64,000 nt of DNA, from assembly GCF_006345805.1 (NCBI RefSeq), contig NC_043004.1:41850001-41914000 (forward strand), in the 5' to 3' direction. Of the stretch, positions 16,703 through 30,070 are shown piece after piece. This DNA comes from Octopus sinensis. Lineage: Eukaryota. Position numbers and translations under genes: made by a program. Below the pieces are notes generated by a model. The model had not been told where the DNA came from. It saw only the letters and a program-made list of their open reading frames with translations, and did no database searches. Each line of letters opens with the position of its first letter. Position 1 is the first letter of the stretch.

Positions 16703-17094
16703 TGAGAGAGAGAGAGAGCGAGAGCTATTGTCCCCATTCAGCCTGAAACTGTACTTGCGGAGCATGGTTTCTGGGTTACTTCGCTTCATAGGCACAGGAT
16801 AACCGTTGGCTAGAGATGGTAGCACTAGGCATCGCTCGAGTCATACACTTTTTAAGTGGCACACAATTACTGATCTCGTAAAGAGGAAAATGATTAGTTT
16901 TAAATCTCTGAGGGACCGTTTAAGCGTGAATGGGAACATTAGCTCTCTAGTTCGAGGTATAAAAATGCAGTTGCGCGTCGGTAACCAACTGGGAAAGATA
17001 TTTCCCTGAGGCTAAAAAAGGTCATGACATCGTCCTAATCAGGAGTGATACTTCACGTTGGCAAATGAATGTTACTCTGTAGTACTGTTACTAC

Positions 17095-17699
17095 TTACTT
17101 CTCGCACTCAGATTCCGCCACGGCATCAAGACGGCTCTGGAACCTGGCGCATGCGTACCTTGCAGTGTCTTCGAACACCGTCATGATCTTGGCCACCATG
17201 TCGGCCTTCTATAGCAAGTAGAACGGCTTGTGTCTTTCTTAACCGCGCCTCACACATAGTAACCCGTGGGATTACAAACGAGTTCAGAAAATGAAGTTGG
17301 AGAAATTCACCGACAGCCACTTCTAACACTTTCCAGAGTAATGGCGAGGAGAAAAATACTGCTGCCACATATGGCCTTCTAGTAGCAATGCTCTCCGTCC
17401 AGGGTTTGACTACAGGTTCTAGCGGCCTCACAGAGCCATCTAAATTGAGCGTAAGGCTCAATTCAGAGACGTTGGGCAGGCAGACGTCACACCCGTTGGT
17501 ATACCTGAAAACCAGCACAGTTTGGGGTACTTCGATTTCCTTGATACGAGGGACATCACATGGATTGTAGGCAAGCCACCTGTTGTTCTGGGTGTTGTGC
17601 AACTGGCGCTAAGAAGAGCCAGAACATCCCTGGCTCAACATGCTGCCCACGAACAAAAGGAGACATAAAAATCTTCAATTCTAGGCCGAACACCCTGTA
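17095..17699 (-). mobile_element. Tc1/mariner transposase remnant, maT/DD37D-like, internally deleted
   Basis: Frameshifted minus-strand motifs HNTQNNRWLAYNPCDVP, VVKPW..IATRRPYVWQQ, and KADMVAKIMTVFED..ACARFQSRLDAVAES; TIR-like TAcagggtgttcg end at 17699. Confidence 0.7.
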
Positions 17700-18439
17700 C
17701 ATGTAGTAAGCCATTGCATCATGGAATGTCTACCGGTGCAATGCTGCGAAAATTATGCTATATGTATGTGTCATATCTATTTATTTCATGAAGTTGAATA
17801 TACTTAATTGCCGTACAGATACGGCAGAAAAGAATGGTATTTTCTTGTGTCTCTAAGATGGTGCTTGTTTTAGCTATTCTAATACGGAGAATTTGAATCA
17901 AAGAAACACACATAAAGTATACGATTGTACAGATTCTTAAAGTAGAAGATAACTGTTTAAAAGTAGACGGATTTATCATTCGACTATATATGTCAGCTTA
18001 GTCAGAATTGAAATGGATTTTAACAACAAAACTACCACTTAGTACTGAGTATTCAATGATAATTTATGTTGAAAATACTAACAGTTAGTCTAAGAGATTT
18101 TCTTTGTTTCGGCATTAAAATTATGCTCGGTGAAAGGCAAGGACCATAATTAACATAAAGATTCTATTCTAGTAAAGCGGATGAATCTATTTAGGTTTCT
18201 TCATTCGATTTCCTGTCGACAAAGGCTACTGTCATTTCAATTCACTACCACAGTAATTGAGAATGCAAAACAATCCATACTTAACATTTAAGAAGTTCAG
18301 GAACAAATTGTTAGCCATGATTTCAGATTAACTACATACATGAATACGTACGTACATGCACACACATATATATAATACACGTTCGTTCGAGCACTCAACA
18401 CTATACACATATGAATGAATCTACGTTCCAACGTTCGTA

Positions 18440-18580
18440 CGTACGCATGTACCTACCTACTTACCTACCTACCTACCTACCTACCTACCTACCTACCTAC
18501 CTACTTACCTACCTAACTACTTACCTGCCTACCTACTTACCTATCTACCTACCTACCTCCCTACCTACTTACCTACCTAC

Positions 18581-18619
<39 letters not shown>

Positions 18620-18722
18620 TCTATCCTTCTATCTTTCTGTCTGCCCATCCATCCATCCATCCATCCATCCATCTATCCATCCAACCCTCCATCCATCCAT
18701 CCATCCATCCATCCATCTACCC

Positions 18723-18820
<98 letters not shown>

Positions 18821-18880
18821 TTGTCTATCCATCCATCTATTTAACTGTCTATTTAACTGTCTGTCTATCAGTCTATCTAG
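18440..18880. repeat. Compound (CTAC)n/(CATC)n/(CTAT)n tetranucleotide array
   Basis: Direct read. Confidence 0.9.
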
Positions 18881-18890
18881 CTGCCTATGA

Positions 18891-20397
18891 TATTAGGTTG
18901 TTCGGAAATACTGTCCGATTTTTCGAAAATATTTTTTCAAATTCGATTTAAGATGATATTTTCATACTGTTTTAGACGAAATTCTGCATGCTTAATAATT
19001 GATGCGTATTCTTTAAGAAATTTTTATTGATTTCTTTCAGACTATATTTTGAAGCGTAGAAAACCTTAAAATTCAAACAGGAAAAAAGAAGAAATACGTT
19101 TATTTATTTATTTTTTTTTGCGTGTATTAAAGCTTGGACATAATGTCTCCTAAACAGCCGCCAATATCAATAGAACATGGGATGAAGTGTCCAGTGGTGA
19201 TCGAACGGAACGACGGTGGTTTGAGAGATTCCGTAGTGGGGTTGAAAGCCTTGAAGATCAAAAAATTAGAGGGTGTCCATTCACCTAGATAATCACTATT
19301 TGAAAACAACAGTTGAATAAAACCCACAATGTGTAAGAGAAATGTTACATATGCTTGGTGTCAGTCTTTCAACAGTATCAGATCACCTGAATAAAATCGG
19401 CAAAGTGAAAAAACTCGATAAATGGGTCCCTCATAATTTCAGTGAAAATCAAAGACTTCCGTGTTTTGAAGTGTTTTCGATTATCTCTCTACGAAATTCT
19501 AATGACCTATTTCTTGATCAAATTGTGACTTGTGACGGAAAGTAGATCCTTTATGACAACCGTAAGTGATCGGGTCGATGGCTTGATCGTGAAGAAGCAT
19601 CCAAACATCTAATGAAACCGAAGTTGCATCAGCAGAGGATTCTGGTGATTGTCTGATGGTCTACTATTGGTGACGTACATTATAGCTTAGAGCATTCCAT
19701 GATAGGTTTACTGTAAGCAACTGGAAGAAATGCGTGCTCACTTGAGTAAAATGAGAACTGCATATTGCTCAACTATCAGCCTTGTTAAATAAGGGATCCT
19801 TTTATTCACGATCGTAGTGTTTTTCGATTGAAACTTGAATTTAGCATGCAGAGTGTTACTACAGGCAACATGGCTGGACACAACAAGAGCAACAACACCA
19901 TCGAGGAACAGAACGAAAACAACAGCTAATCAGGTAAACAAGTTCTTTCTAGCTGTCGTTATAGAAGAAACCGTAACTAAAAAACTCATTTTTCTTGAAG
20001 TTATGAATTGAATAACGTTCTATTTAACTGCTACAAAAAAGCGAAACAAAACCTCGCAGTTGGCTATATGAATCGACGTGATACTATTCTGCTTCATGAC
20101 AACGTTCGACCGCACGTCTCCTTGATGGATGAAACTGCAGAAGCTCACAGACTTGGGATATGAAACATTAATACATCATCCATATTCTCCTATCTTTCAC
20201 TTACTAACGCTTTTCCCAGCATCTAGACACTTTTTAAGGCAAAAAACATTCCATTTTTATCAAAGAGGCATAAATGACCTTGTCAATCGATGGCAGAAGT
20301 GCATGGCTGTTCAGAATAATTATATCTTTGTATAAACTCAGTTTTTAACGAATATTGGGCTTATTTTTAAAATCGGCCATTATTTTCGAACCTAATA
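18891..20397 (+). mobile_element. Mariner (DD34D) element, full length and pseudogenised, with a ~300-bp insertion
   Basis: TIRs tattaggttgttcggaaatactgtccgattt and reverse-complement tattaggttcgaaaataatggccgattt; motifs KLDKWVPHNFSENQ, IVTCDGK, LLHDNVRPH, HHPYSP. Confidence 0.88.
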
Positions 20398-20648
20398 TAT
20401 ATAAGCCTTTATTCTCTTTATTGTTTTGTTATGCTTTGATCCCATTCCCGGCAAGTATCTTGCCGGTGCCTTCAGAGTGGGAGCAATATTATCGATAATG
20501 GCCGAAATTGCGCTTGACCCTGTGGCCGAAAGCTTAAGAGGAGTTAGTGATCTTCTGTGTTTTCCGTTCGTCTGTGTATTTAGTAAATGTTCATATGTTT
20601 ATTTACTGCATCTTTTTTTATTATACATATATATATACATATATACAT

Positions 20649-20725
<77 letters not shown>

Positions 20726-21020
20726 TTTGCCATATCTTGTGTTTGTTGTCTTTTTATTTAATCCTGAATATATGCATACACCATTCTACTTGAATAATTG
20801 AACTGCAAATACAATATCCTTATGTATCTCACTTCTATATTAATTCTGTTACTTCTCTCTATATTTTATATCTTTTCTACAATAATTAATACTCAAACAT
20901 TTTCTTGCATCGTCTCTGATGAAGGGATATATAAAATATCCCGGAAACAGATGTAAGACCTTTTGATGATAAATGTTATGAAATATATTTACTGCCTTGG
21001 ATTTTTGAAATCTTATTCTG

Positions 21021-21086
<66 letters not shown>

Positions 21087-21088
<2 letters not shown>

Positions 21089-21633
21089 CAGGGTTATTGA
21101 AAAAGAATGAACCGACTTCATTACACAATATTTTAATTAGGAAAAGCAACTGGAAACTCCATCTAAGTCACAAGTATTTACTCACAATCAACTTTATCTT
21201 ACAAGTGTTCAATGTGGCCACCACCACCACCAGCTCGGGCAACATCAATGCGATGAGAGAATTCCTCCCAGACGCGCATCAGCATATCAGGATCCACTGA
21301 TTTAATCGGTGTTGTTATTGGATGTTTATTTCAGCGACGTTATTGGGCAGCGGTGGAACATAAACGCGATCTTTTGCGTATTCCCGCAAGAAAAAATTAC
21401 ACAACAGCGATCAACTCAGTGGATCGGGATATGCTGATACGCGTGTGGGAGGAATTCTCTTATCTCATTCATGTTGCCCGTGTTGTAGGTGGTGGCCACA
21501 TTGAACACTCGTAAGACAGGAAATAAAAGTTGATTGTGAGCAAATTCTTGTGACTTAACTGGTGTTTTCTATTGCATTTCCTTATTACAATATCGCGTAT
21601 TGAAATCAGGTCATCTATTCGAATAACCCTTTA
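21087..21633. mobile_element. Palindromic MITE derived from a Tc1/mariner 3' end
   Basis: TAcagggttatt...aataaccctttaTA termini; ~210-bp arms are inverted copies; the right arm reads INSVDRDMLIRVWEEFSY..GGGHIEHS*. Confidence 0.8.
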
Positions 21634-21708
21634 TATAAATATACATACATGCATACATACATACATGCATACATACATACATACATACATCATACATACA
21701 TACATACA

Positions 21709-21744
<36 letters not shown>

Positions 21745-21922
21745 TGATAGATCGTTAGCCACTACACACATTTTTTCTCTCCTTGTTTTTTCTGTGCCCT
21801 TTTCTGTAGAAGAGCGTAGGCTCGAAACGTAAAAGACTTTTTCTATTCCTGAGCGTTATACTAATACATCTGTTTGTTTTGTACACCACCTATTTTCGTC
21901 TTTTGTTTTTTTCGTAAACTCT

Positions 21923-21925
<3 letters not shown>
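21745..21925 (+). mobile_element. Solo Penelope-type pseudo-LTR fragment with hammerhead-like motif
   Basis: Homologous to the reverse complement of 58490-58715; contains CTGTAGA-AGAGC-GTAG-GCTC-GAAAC-GTA. Confidence 0.6.
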
Positions 21926-21964
<39 letters not shown>

Positions 21965-21967
<3 letters not shown>

Positions 21968-22790
21968 GTGGCACATAAAGATCTCCCACATTGGGAATCA
22001 ATATAGAAAGAGAACGCAACCATCCAGGAAAAATTTTAGTGTTTCCGAAAGGTACATAAAAAAAACCCAATTTACTTTACTTGGTTTTAAAAACTATACA
22101 ACGCAAATGATGGCCGTTGGCAATATATTGATGCAATCGTTTCAGGATGTTCTCCATGACTCTCCGTGTTATCTCAGATGGTATTGCGTTGATTTCCTTA
22201 CACATCCTTTCTTTTAAATCCTCAAGAGTTCGAGGACGATGTCGGAAAACGTTTTCCTTTAGGTATCCCCAAAGGAAAAAGTCACAATAACTTAAATCTG
22301 GTGACATTGTCGGTCAACCCACGTCTCCCATCAAAGAAATCAAATGCCCAGGAAACATTTCCTTAAACATTCCAAGCGAACGTCGAACCGTGTGAGGCGT
22401 GGATCCGTCCTGTTGAAACCATAAATGTTCGGTATCCAACACGTCCAGTTTAGAGTGCAAAATGTTCTCCAACAGTTCAATATATCGGCCAGAGTAAGCT
22501 CAGCCGTTACTGTTTCATCAACATCTTCAAAAAAGTACGGACCGATGAATCAAAATTCGGTAACTGCACCAAGCAGTTACACGAGGAGAATAAAGCGGTC
22601 TTTCATGGAGTTCAAGAAGATTATGTTCAACCCAGTAGCGAAAATATTCTTGTCTACATTACCATCGATATGGAAGTGAGCCTCATCAGTACCAAGAAGA
22701 AAAGCTGTAGCGGGAACTTGTGCAAGAATGTCCGCACATAGGGCTTTACGATTGTTATTATGTCTGAGACATTGCTCTAAATCGGGTTAT
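21965..22790 (-). mobile_element. DD41D (rosa-type) Tc1/mariner transposase remnant
   Basis: TDEAHFHIDGNVDKN; WFQQD followed by 41 residues (counted by hand, including one stop) to SPDLSYC-D-FFLWGYLK. Confidence 0.85.
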
Positions 22791-22857
22791 ATATACGTAA
22801 GTATACATTTATATACATATGTATTTGTACGTACGTAGGTATGTTTGTATACATATG

Positions 22858-22914
<57 letters not shown>

Positions 22915-23030
22915 ATATATATATGCACACATATATATATATACATACATATGTATATATGTATGTATATATATTTATATAGACATATATAATATATATA
23001 TATATAATATAATATATATATATATTATAT

Positions 23031-23062
<32 letters not shown>

Positions 23063-23094
23063 ATATATATATATATGAATTATATGTGTATATT

Positions 23095-23134
<40 letters not shown>

Positions 23135-25145
23135 TTTGAATTATAATATGTATTTGAATTGAATTGTGTAATTGTGTTTTACTGAAGAATCTAAACGTGA
23201 AGATTGTTTTAAATATAAGTTGATTTATTCACGTCTGATCGGTTTTGATGAATATACTATTGAAAATGTGTACTGATTGACATTCACGTTTTATAATTTA
23301 TCAAGTCTTTCAGATAAGATGTGCAAAATGTAACAAGTATTCATTATTAAAATTAGGTTTAAAGGTTATATCCAATTTACAAGCGCGTGTTCAGACTCCA
23401 ATAAACTTCGATTGTGTTCGAACGAATAAGAAATAAATACGAACAATAGTTTAAAATTTTTCAACTACTTGTAAAAATGCTTTCCTTGTATTTTAATTTT
23501 TCTATCGTTTGGTTTTCCGTCGAAACATTTTGACAAATTTGATTATTTTATCTTGAAAATGACGAACTCAGTACTGTAAATAGCAAACCCTTAACGAATT
23601 GTGACTTGAATTTGATTTCTGTATCTGATAACAACTACTGAGATTTGAATCTTTTCTTTTACAAGGATTCTAGCACGACACTACGAACGTCATGAATGTC
23701 TATGCATTCGTCTCGCTGAAATCAATAGGTTTATGAGGAGATTCGTTGACCTAAGATCAAGAATTTATAATATTATTTCAGACAAATAAATATGTTATTT
23801 CTTTGCTAAAATGACGTGTAGGAGAATGATAAATTCAGTCATTGACAACGTGAGGTAAGTGAAATTGTTTTAATAAAGATTTAAAATTGCAACTCGCGTA
23901 TTTGACTGACATAATTTCACACATCTTGTAGAACAATCTCGCAAATATAAATATTGATTCCAGACTGGCTGAGTTGGTCTTTGTTTTTAATATTTTCTAA
24001 ATAGTAGTTATAAAAAGCAGGCCCCTTGTTTTTTTTTAATTATTTTGTTTATATAACTGTTAGATTTCGTTGTCACCATTTTCAGGTACATCAAAAGTGT
24101 GTCGCTTTATTCACCAGTTGTTCACTGTTAACAATAATGTATGTATGTATATATGTGTATATATATGTGTGTATATATAAACGTAATCACGTGATCACCC
24201 TCGGCTAATCAAATCGTATCCAATATGGACACTAATTTCAGCCATATTTTTCTATAAACATAAGAGAATTTTTGAACTCCAGTCATAAGCTACAATGTTG
24301 CAGCATAACTCCAATTCTTTCTTTCTCTACTTTTGAAAATCAGAGAAATCTCTGAAATCGGTTAAGTCTCTAAAATTTGAAAAATTAAAAAAAAGAAAAC
24401 TAAACGAATCCAAGTGCATTTTCACATGCTCTCTCTCTCTCCGTATATATATGCCATGACGTCACACACGTGCCTTTGATAATTGTATTATCTACATTGT
24501 AATTGTATACTGCAATTCTGACTTTGAAGTAGATTTTTTCGTAAGGCGAACATATAAACGCATTTATGGAAATTGCTTCGTTTCTTCTCATAAAGTCATT
24601 ATTTTTTAACATAACAAGGTTCTCTTTCAGAAAATATACTTTCTATGAATAATACTTTCTACACGAGAAACGAACTAGGTGTTAATAAAATTAGCTTTTG
24701 GATGTATTATTTAACAACCTTTGAAAGGTGAACTAAATTTTGCTTCAATTGTTAGAATTCCACTTAATTTATTTTACCTATGAAGAAGGAAGTGATAAGT
24801 TCATTTAAATTTTCCTATATGGTTTTGACTTCGTGCCGTAGCAAAAAATAAATCAATATTAGTGTTCTTGATTTTACCATAAATTAGATTTTTTATAGAA
24901 ATTTGTTGCTTCTGGATATTATTGTATCGGGAAAGACGCCAATCATCGTGGTATACTGTCGATGTGCGGACTGACACAGCTTGGTTTCTTTCTGCTACTG
25001 AAATCAATTCACTTTCTGTAAGTAACCGTAGAAACCAATACAACTTCCTCGAACATCAAATTTCTTTGTTACTCGATCTGTTGTTATTCTTCATCCCGAA
25101 CTCAGTTCTGATCAAGAAGGGTCATAAACGTTATAGATATTGTCG

Positions 25146-25260
25146 GCTCAGGAATGGCTGTGTGGCTAAGAAGCTCGCTTTGAAACCACGCTTTTTTCGG
25201 GTTCAGTCTCACCGAGCAGAATCCTGGGTAAATGTCTTATACTATAATCCCGAACCAACA
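25146..25260 (+). mobile_element. SINE family B, 5' fragment (diverged)
   Basis: ggctcaggaatggctgtgtggctaagaagc...gggttcagtc matches the head of the B copies. Confidence 0.6.
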
Positions 25261-26393
25261 ATTACATTCTGAGTGGATGACGCCTATCGTACATTTTATA
25301 TGCACGCATGTGTCACGCGTGCGCGTCCGTGTGTGAGTGTGAGTTTGTGATTTTGTTTTTGTCCGCTCATGGCTTGATTAACCTGTGTTGTTTTGTTTAC
25401 ATCCCAGTAAATTAGCGAATCGGTAAAAAAAAACACCAGTAGCAGATTTAAAATAACTAATGGGATTGATTTGTTCGACTGAACCATTGAAAGCAATACC
25501 CCAGCACGTCCACAATCAAGTGAATGAAATAAATAAAAAGATAAACATTAAAAAGTTATATAATTTCCTAAGACATAGTCTATCACAGAATACATTATCA
25601 AGTGTCACAATTTTGTTTAAGACGAAAGATGAAAGCTTTATATATTGTTTCAAGAAAACTGGGCAACAAAACACGTTATCCTAATTGTTTCGTTCTATAT
25701 TTTTAAACCCAAGATCAGTTATGATCAATTTAAGAAGATAATCATTGTATAATTTCTGAACGCGCATAGATCAACACAGAATGAACTATCAAGTGTTACA
25801 GGGTATGGGTGTAATCATTAAAAAAAAAGAAGACTTTTATACTCTCCCGTGTCGGTCAAGTGACCATATACATGTTCTTATTGGTTTATTTTCCTCTTTC
25901 TCATCAATTGAATGGTTTGTATCCTCATAAAGACAGTCGTACTCATATCGTTTTTGCTTCTATGATTTTCAGATATATTAGCTTGTAATCATTCATTCGC
26001 GACTAGGAAAAGTTATTTAGAACTTCCATTTTAGTTTGTATGGATTACTTATCGCTGTACGATTACAGTGGCAATATTTGTTTTCGAAATATTTGGAGAT
26101 TGCGGATTTTAACGTTTAACTATTAAACTCATAAACTGAGGTTCCTCAAAATTCAATTCAGAAGATAGTCAATGCGCAGACTCTCCTGTTATAGGCGACT
26201 TATGAGAGCGCAGCAGTTTCTTGCCATAAAAATCTGCACATACAATTTGTTTAATGTGAAAAAATGTTTGTGCTTCTCATTGGCTCACTTCTGCCATTAA
26301 ATCGACATTGCCAGCTGATGAGCACGGTATAACAAAAGACGCACCACCCAGGTCGGCAATTGAACCCAAGATTTTGCGATAGTGAGTTCAATA

Positions 26394-26617
26394 CCTATTT
26401 CTTTACTACCCACAAGGGGCTAAACACAGAGTGGACAAACAAGGACAGACAAGGGATTAAGGCGATTATATCGACCCCAGTGCGTAACTGATACTTAATT
26501 TATCGACCCCGAAAGGATGAAAGGCAAAGTCAACCTCGGCGGAATTTGACCTCAGAACGTAGCGATAGACGAAATACTGCTAAGCATTTCGCCCGGCGTG
26601 CTAACGGTTCTGCCAAC
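26394..26617 (-). mobile_element. SINE family A, near full length
   Basis: High similarity to 1589-1812. Confidence 0.85.
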
Positions 26618-26635
26618 CATAACCACTAGGTCATG

Positions 26636-26952
26636 GTGGAGGCACATGGCCTAGTGGTTAGAGCAGCGGACCTGCGGTCGAGGGATCGCGGGTTCAAATC
26701 TCAGACTGGGCAATGTGTGTGTTTATGAGCGAAACACCTAAGCTCCACGCGGCTCCGGCAGAAGGTAATGGCGAAACTTCTGCTGATTCTTTCGCCGTAA
26801 CTTTCTCTCATTCTTTCCTCCTGCATCTTCCAGCTCACCTGCGACGGACCGGCGTCCCGTCCAGGTGGGGAACCTATACGCCAAGAAACCGGGAAACCGG
26901 CCCTTATGAGCCAGGCATGGCTCGAGAAGGAACAAACAACAACAACAAAAAA
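26636..26952 (+). mobile_element. tRNA-derived SINE family C with an 11-bp TSD
   Basis: A box tagtggttag, B box ggttcaaatc, (AAC)n/A tail; TSD actaggtcatg at 26625-26635 and 26953-26963. Confidence 0.88.
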
Positions 26953-27795
26953 ACTAGGTCATGCGCCCTCACATATTAAATGATATAAATAATTATCATT
27001 GCTTCAAAGCACCTTGAAGAATAAAAGCGGAATATTTACTGATGATATGAGTGTATACTGAGAGTAAATTCAATTGTTTTTGTGAAGTACCAAGGAAGTT
27101 CATACACACACACACAGACACAGGCAGACAGACAGACACATACACACACACGCACTCTTTCTTTCTCACACACCCAAACACAGACACACATACTCACACA
27201 CGCATTATTGAAATTTAGCGTTTCTTTGTATGTAGTGCTGGTGTAATGGATAAAGTAATTTGTGGCGATGGAATTTTCAAGGAATGTATATACTCAAAAA
27301 CACGTTCTTTTGTCTAAAAGAATTTATAGTACATTTGTGGTCTAAGGAACATTAAAAATAGAAGATTTTATTATTATAATTATGTCATTAAAGAAATGAA
27401 ACTATTCCACAATGATGGACGACAAACAATAGAAAGTTATGTACACACAGCTGAAACACAGAAACAAACATACCAAGCCAGACACACACGAACACACAAG
27501 ATATTGGTAAGATAGAGATAAGACATGTATATCAAACATGGACACATACAGACATACACAAACGCACGCACATACTTCTAATAGCGAACGCAGGTGCGAA
27601 AATGTGCCCCCGAAATTTTGTAATACTTAATTATGCGTAGAAAAATAATTGCTATTTTATGTTACGTAGAAAAATAATTTCTTTTTTATATGCAACGTAT
27701 ATAATTTCAAATGTTATGAATCTTATTTATTCTGAAGTTTTATGCCGAAAGAAATGCAGTAGTCTCTCTCTTCTCTCTCCCCCTCTCTCTCCCTT

Positions 27796-27902
27796 TCTTC
27801 TTCTTCTTCTTCTTCTTCTTCTTCTTCTTCTTCTTCTTCTTCTTCTTCTTCTTCTTCTTCTTCTTCTTCTTCTTCTTCTTCTTCTTCTTCTTCTTCTTCT
27901 TC
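27796..27902. repeat. (CTT)n microsatellite
   Basis: Direct read; source of the poly-E and poly-L ORFs. Confidence 0.95.
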
Positions 27903-28119
27903 GTATGTCTTATCTCCTATATATGCGAGCATTAGTAAACACTTAATAAAGATTAAAAGTAATTACAAAGATGGTGAGAGAGAGAGACAGAGATGGTGGG
28001 GAGATAGAGAGAAAGACAGAGGGAAGAGGAAAAGGAGAGAATATAAATTATATATATAAATATGTACGTATTTATGTTTGTGTATATATATATCTATATC
28101 TGTATCTATCTATCTATCT

Positions 28120-28219
<100 letters not shown>

Positions 28220-28471
28220 AGTATATATAGATATCGTATATAGTATTTACGCTATGTAAAGTATGTGTGTGTGTGTGTGTGTTTGGTAATGCAAAGCGGA
28301 AAATATAACTCGTAACATAAGTATATTAACGAGCTTTCTTGCGTTGGTTCTTATCAAAATGGTTTGAATGCATTTTCATGATACCCAACAAATGAGTCTG
28401 TCAGTACTTCAGTCACTCTGTTAATCCTGTAAATTCTGTCGACTATTCATAAAAAACGTGTATGTATATAC

Positions 28472-28523
<52 letters not shown>

Positions 28524-29053
28524 TGTGTGTGTGCGTGTGTGTGTGTGTATGTATGCATAAAAGTAGACATTTCGTATATAAACATTGAATTCCATATATA
28601 TAGCCTTCTTTTATTTTTTGTTCTTTTCCTTTTTATGCCCATCGACTAGCGGCACTGCTGGGCCTCACTTTAACGTTTTTAGGTGAACAAATCGACCGTA
28701 GTACCTATTGTTGAAATGTGGTCCGTATTCTGCAGATTTTTTGGTTGAATCTTTAACTTGTGTCTGTTGAGATTGACCTACCTACCTACCTACCTACCTA
28801 CTTACTTACCTACCTACCTACCTACCTATATACACACATATATATATATATGCATATATACATATCTATATACATGCATAAATACATAAGCATATGTACA
28901 TGCATATATATGTATATACATACACACATATATATATACATACATGCACAAAAATACGCGCACGCACACGGTATGCAAACACACGCGCATACACACATAC
29001 GGTAATGCTGGTTATCTCTATAATGAATATAGTGAGATGTATATAGTTTTATT

Positions 29054-29366
29054 GTGGAGGCGCAATTGCCCAGTGATTAGGGCAGCGGACTCGCGGTCGT
29101 AGAATCACGGTTTCGATTCCCAGACCGGGCGTTGTGAGAGTTTATTGAGCAAAAACACCTATAGTACCATGAGGCTCCGGCAGGGGGTGGTGGTGATCCC
29201 TGCTGTAATCTTTCGCCGCAACATTCTCTCACTCTTTCTTCTGTTAGCCTGCTCGCTTAGCCAGCGAGGTGACGTCATTTGAAAGGGTAAAACAATGCGA
29301 AGCGCATTGTGACCAGCGATGTGTAGCAACATCTTATAGCCTGGTCGCTCACGTGATCACGTGATA
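29054..29366 (+). mobile_element. tRNA-derived SINE family D with a ~15-bp TSD
   Basis: Head like family C, ends cacgtgatcacgtga; flanks atatagttttattgt and atatagtttaattgt. Confidence 0.8.
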
Positions 29367-30070
29367 TAGTTTAATTGTGTACTTTATAAGAGTACGTTTC
29401 AGGCCGAGTTAATTAATTAACTATGCAAACATCAGACAAATTACTTCAATCGTCAAACTTGGTATGCCCCAAAGAAGCAAAATCTTTACCCGTTATGTTG
29501 GAAACCTTTCCAAGTGGCACACTTGTTTAATTATGAGTTTTCTACTTTAATATGTACAGTATTGAAATATGTTGGATACTAAAAGATGAAAATGAAAGGA
29601 GAATCTTGGATGTGAGCAAGATGAGAAAATGATAAAAAAAGGGGAGAACCAGGGATGAGGAAAAGCTGGATGAATAGAGAAAAGAATTGACTGAGGTGAA
29701 ATCTAAACTAATAGGAAAATAGAGTTTAATCAATAGAATAAATTGAGTTTAGGAACGCGCTCAAGACGAAATGTTTCCAATAATAATAACTAGTAAATTA
29801 TATACGATATCTACCTACAACACGTATGAATATAGGCAGGCGGGAAGCACATGAACACATTAACTTATCCAATGGATATTAAGGGTTAAGAGAATATCGA
29901 AATAGAATGTACAAAGTGGAAAAACCCTTTGGATATAATTAAAGGTAAAAGTATGATATTCACTACATGGAAAAGCAACGGTAAATAGTTGGCGATGTAG
30001 TTAAACGGATACACCTTGAAAGCTTCCTTTTGTGCCACCAATATCTCTGAAATATCTACCTACCCTAACG

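Larger units (their letters stand above)
26290..26970 (-). mobile_element. Old tRNA-head SINE acting as host for two nested SINEs
   Basis: Removing the inserts restores ggcgcatgacctagtggttatggtattgaactcac...gggttcaattgcc, with A- and B-box-like motifs. Confidence 0.55.

Noticed and set aside
17126-17602. 158-aa ORF as a host protein
   Set aside because: It is a frameshifted mosaic of a Tc1/mariner transposase
26636-26710. tRNA gene
   Set aside because: A/B-box head continues into a SINE body and tail with a TSD; no complete cloverleaf supported. The same applies to the other SINE heads
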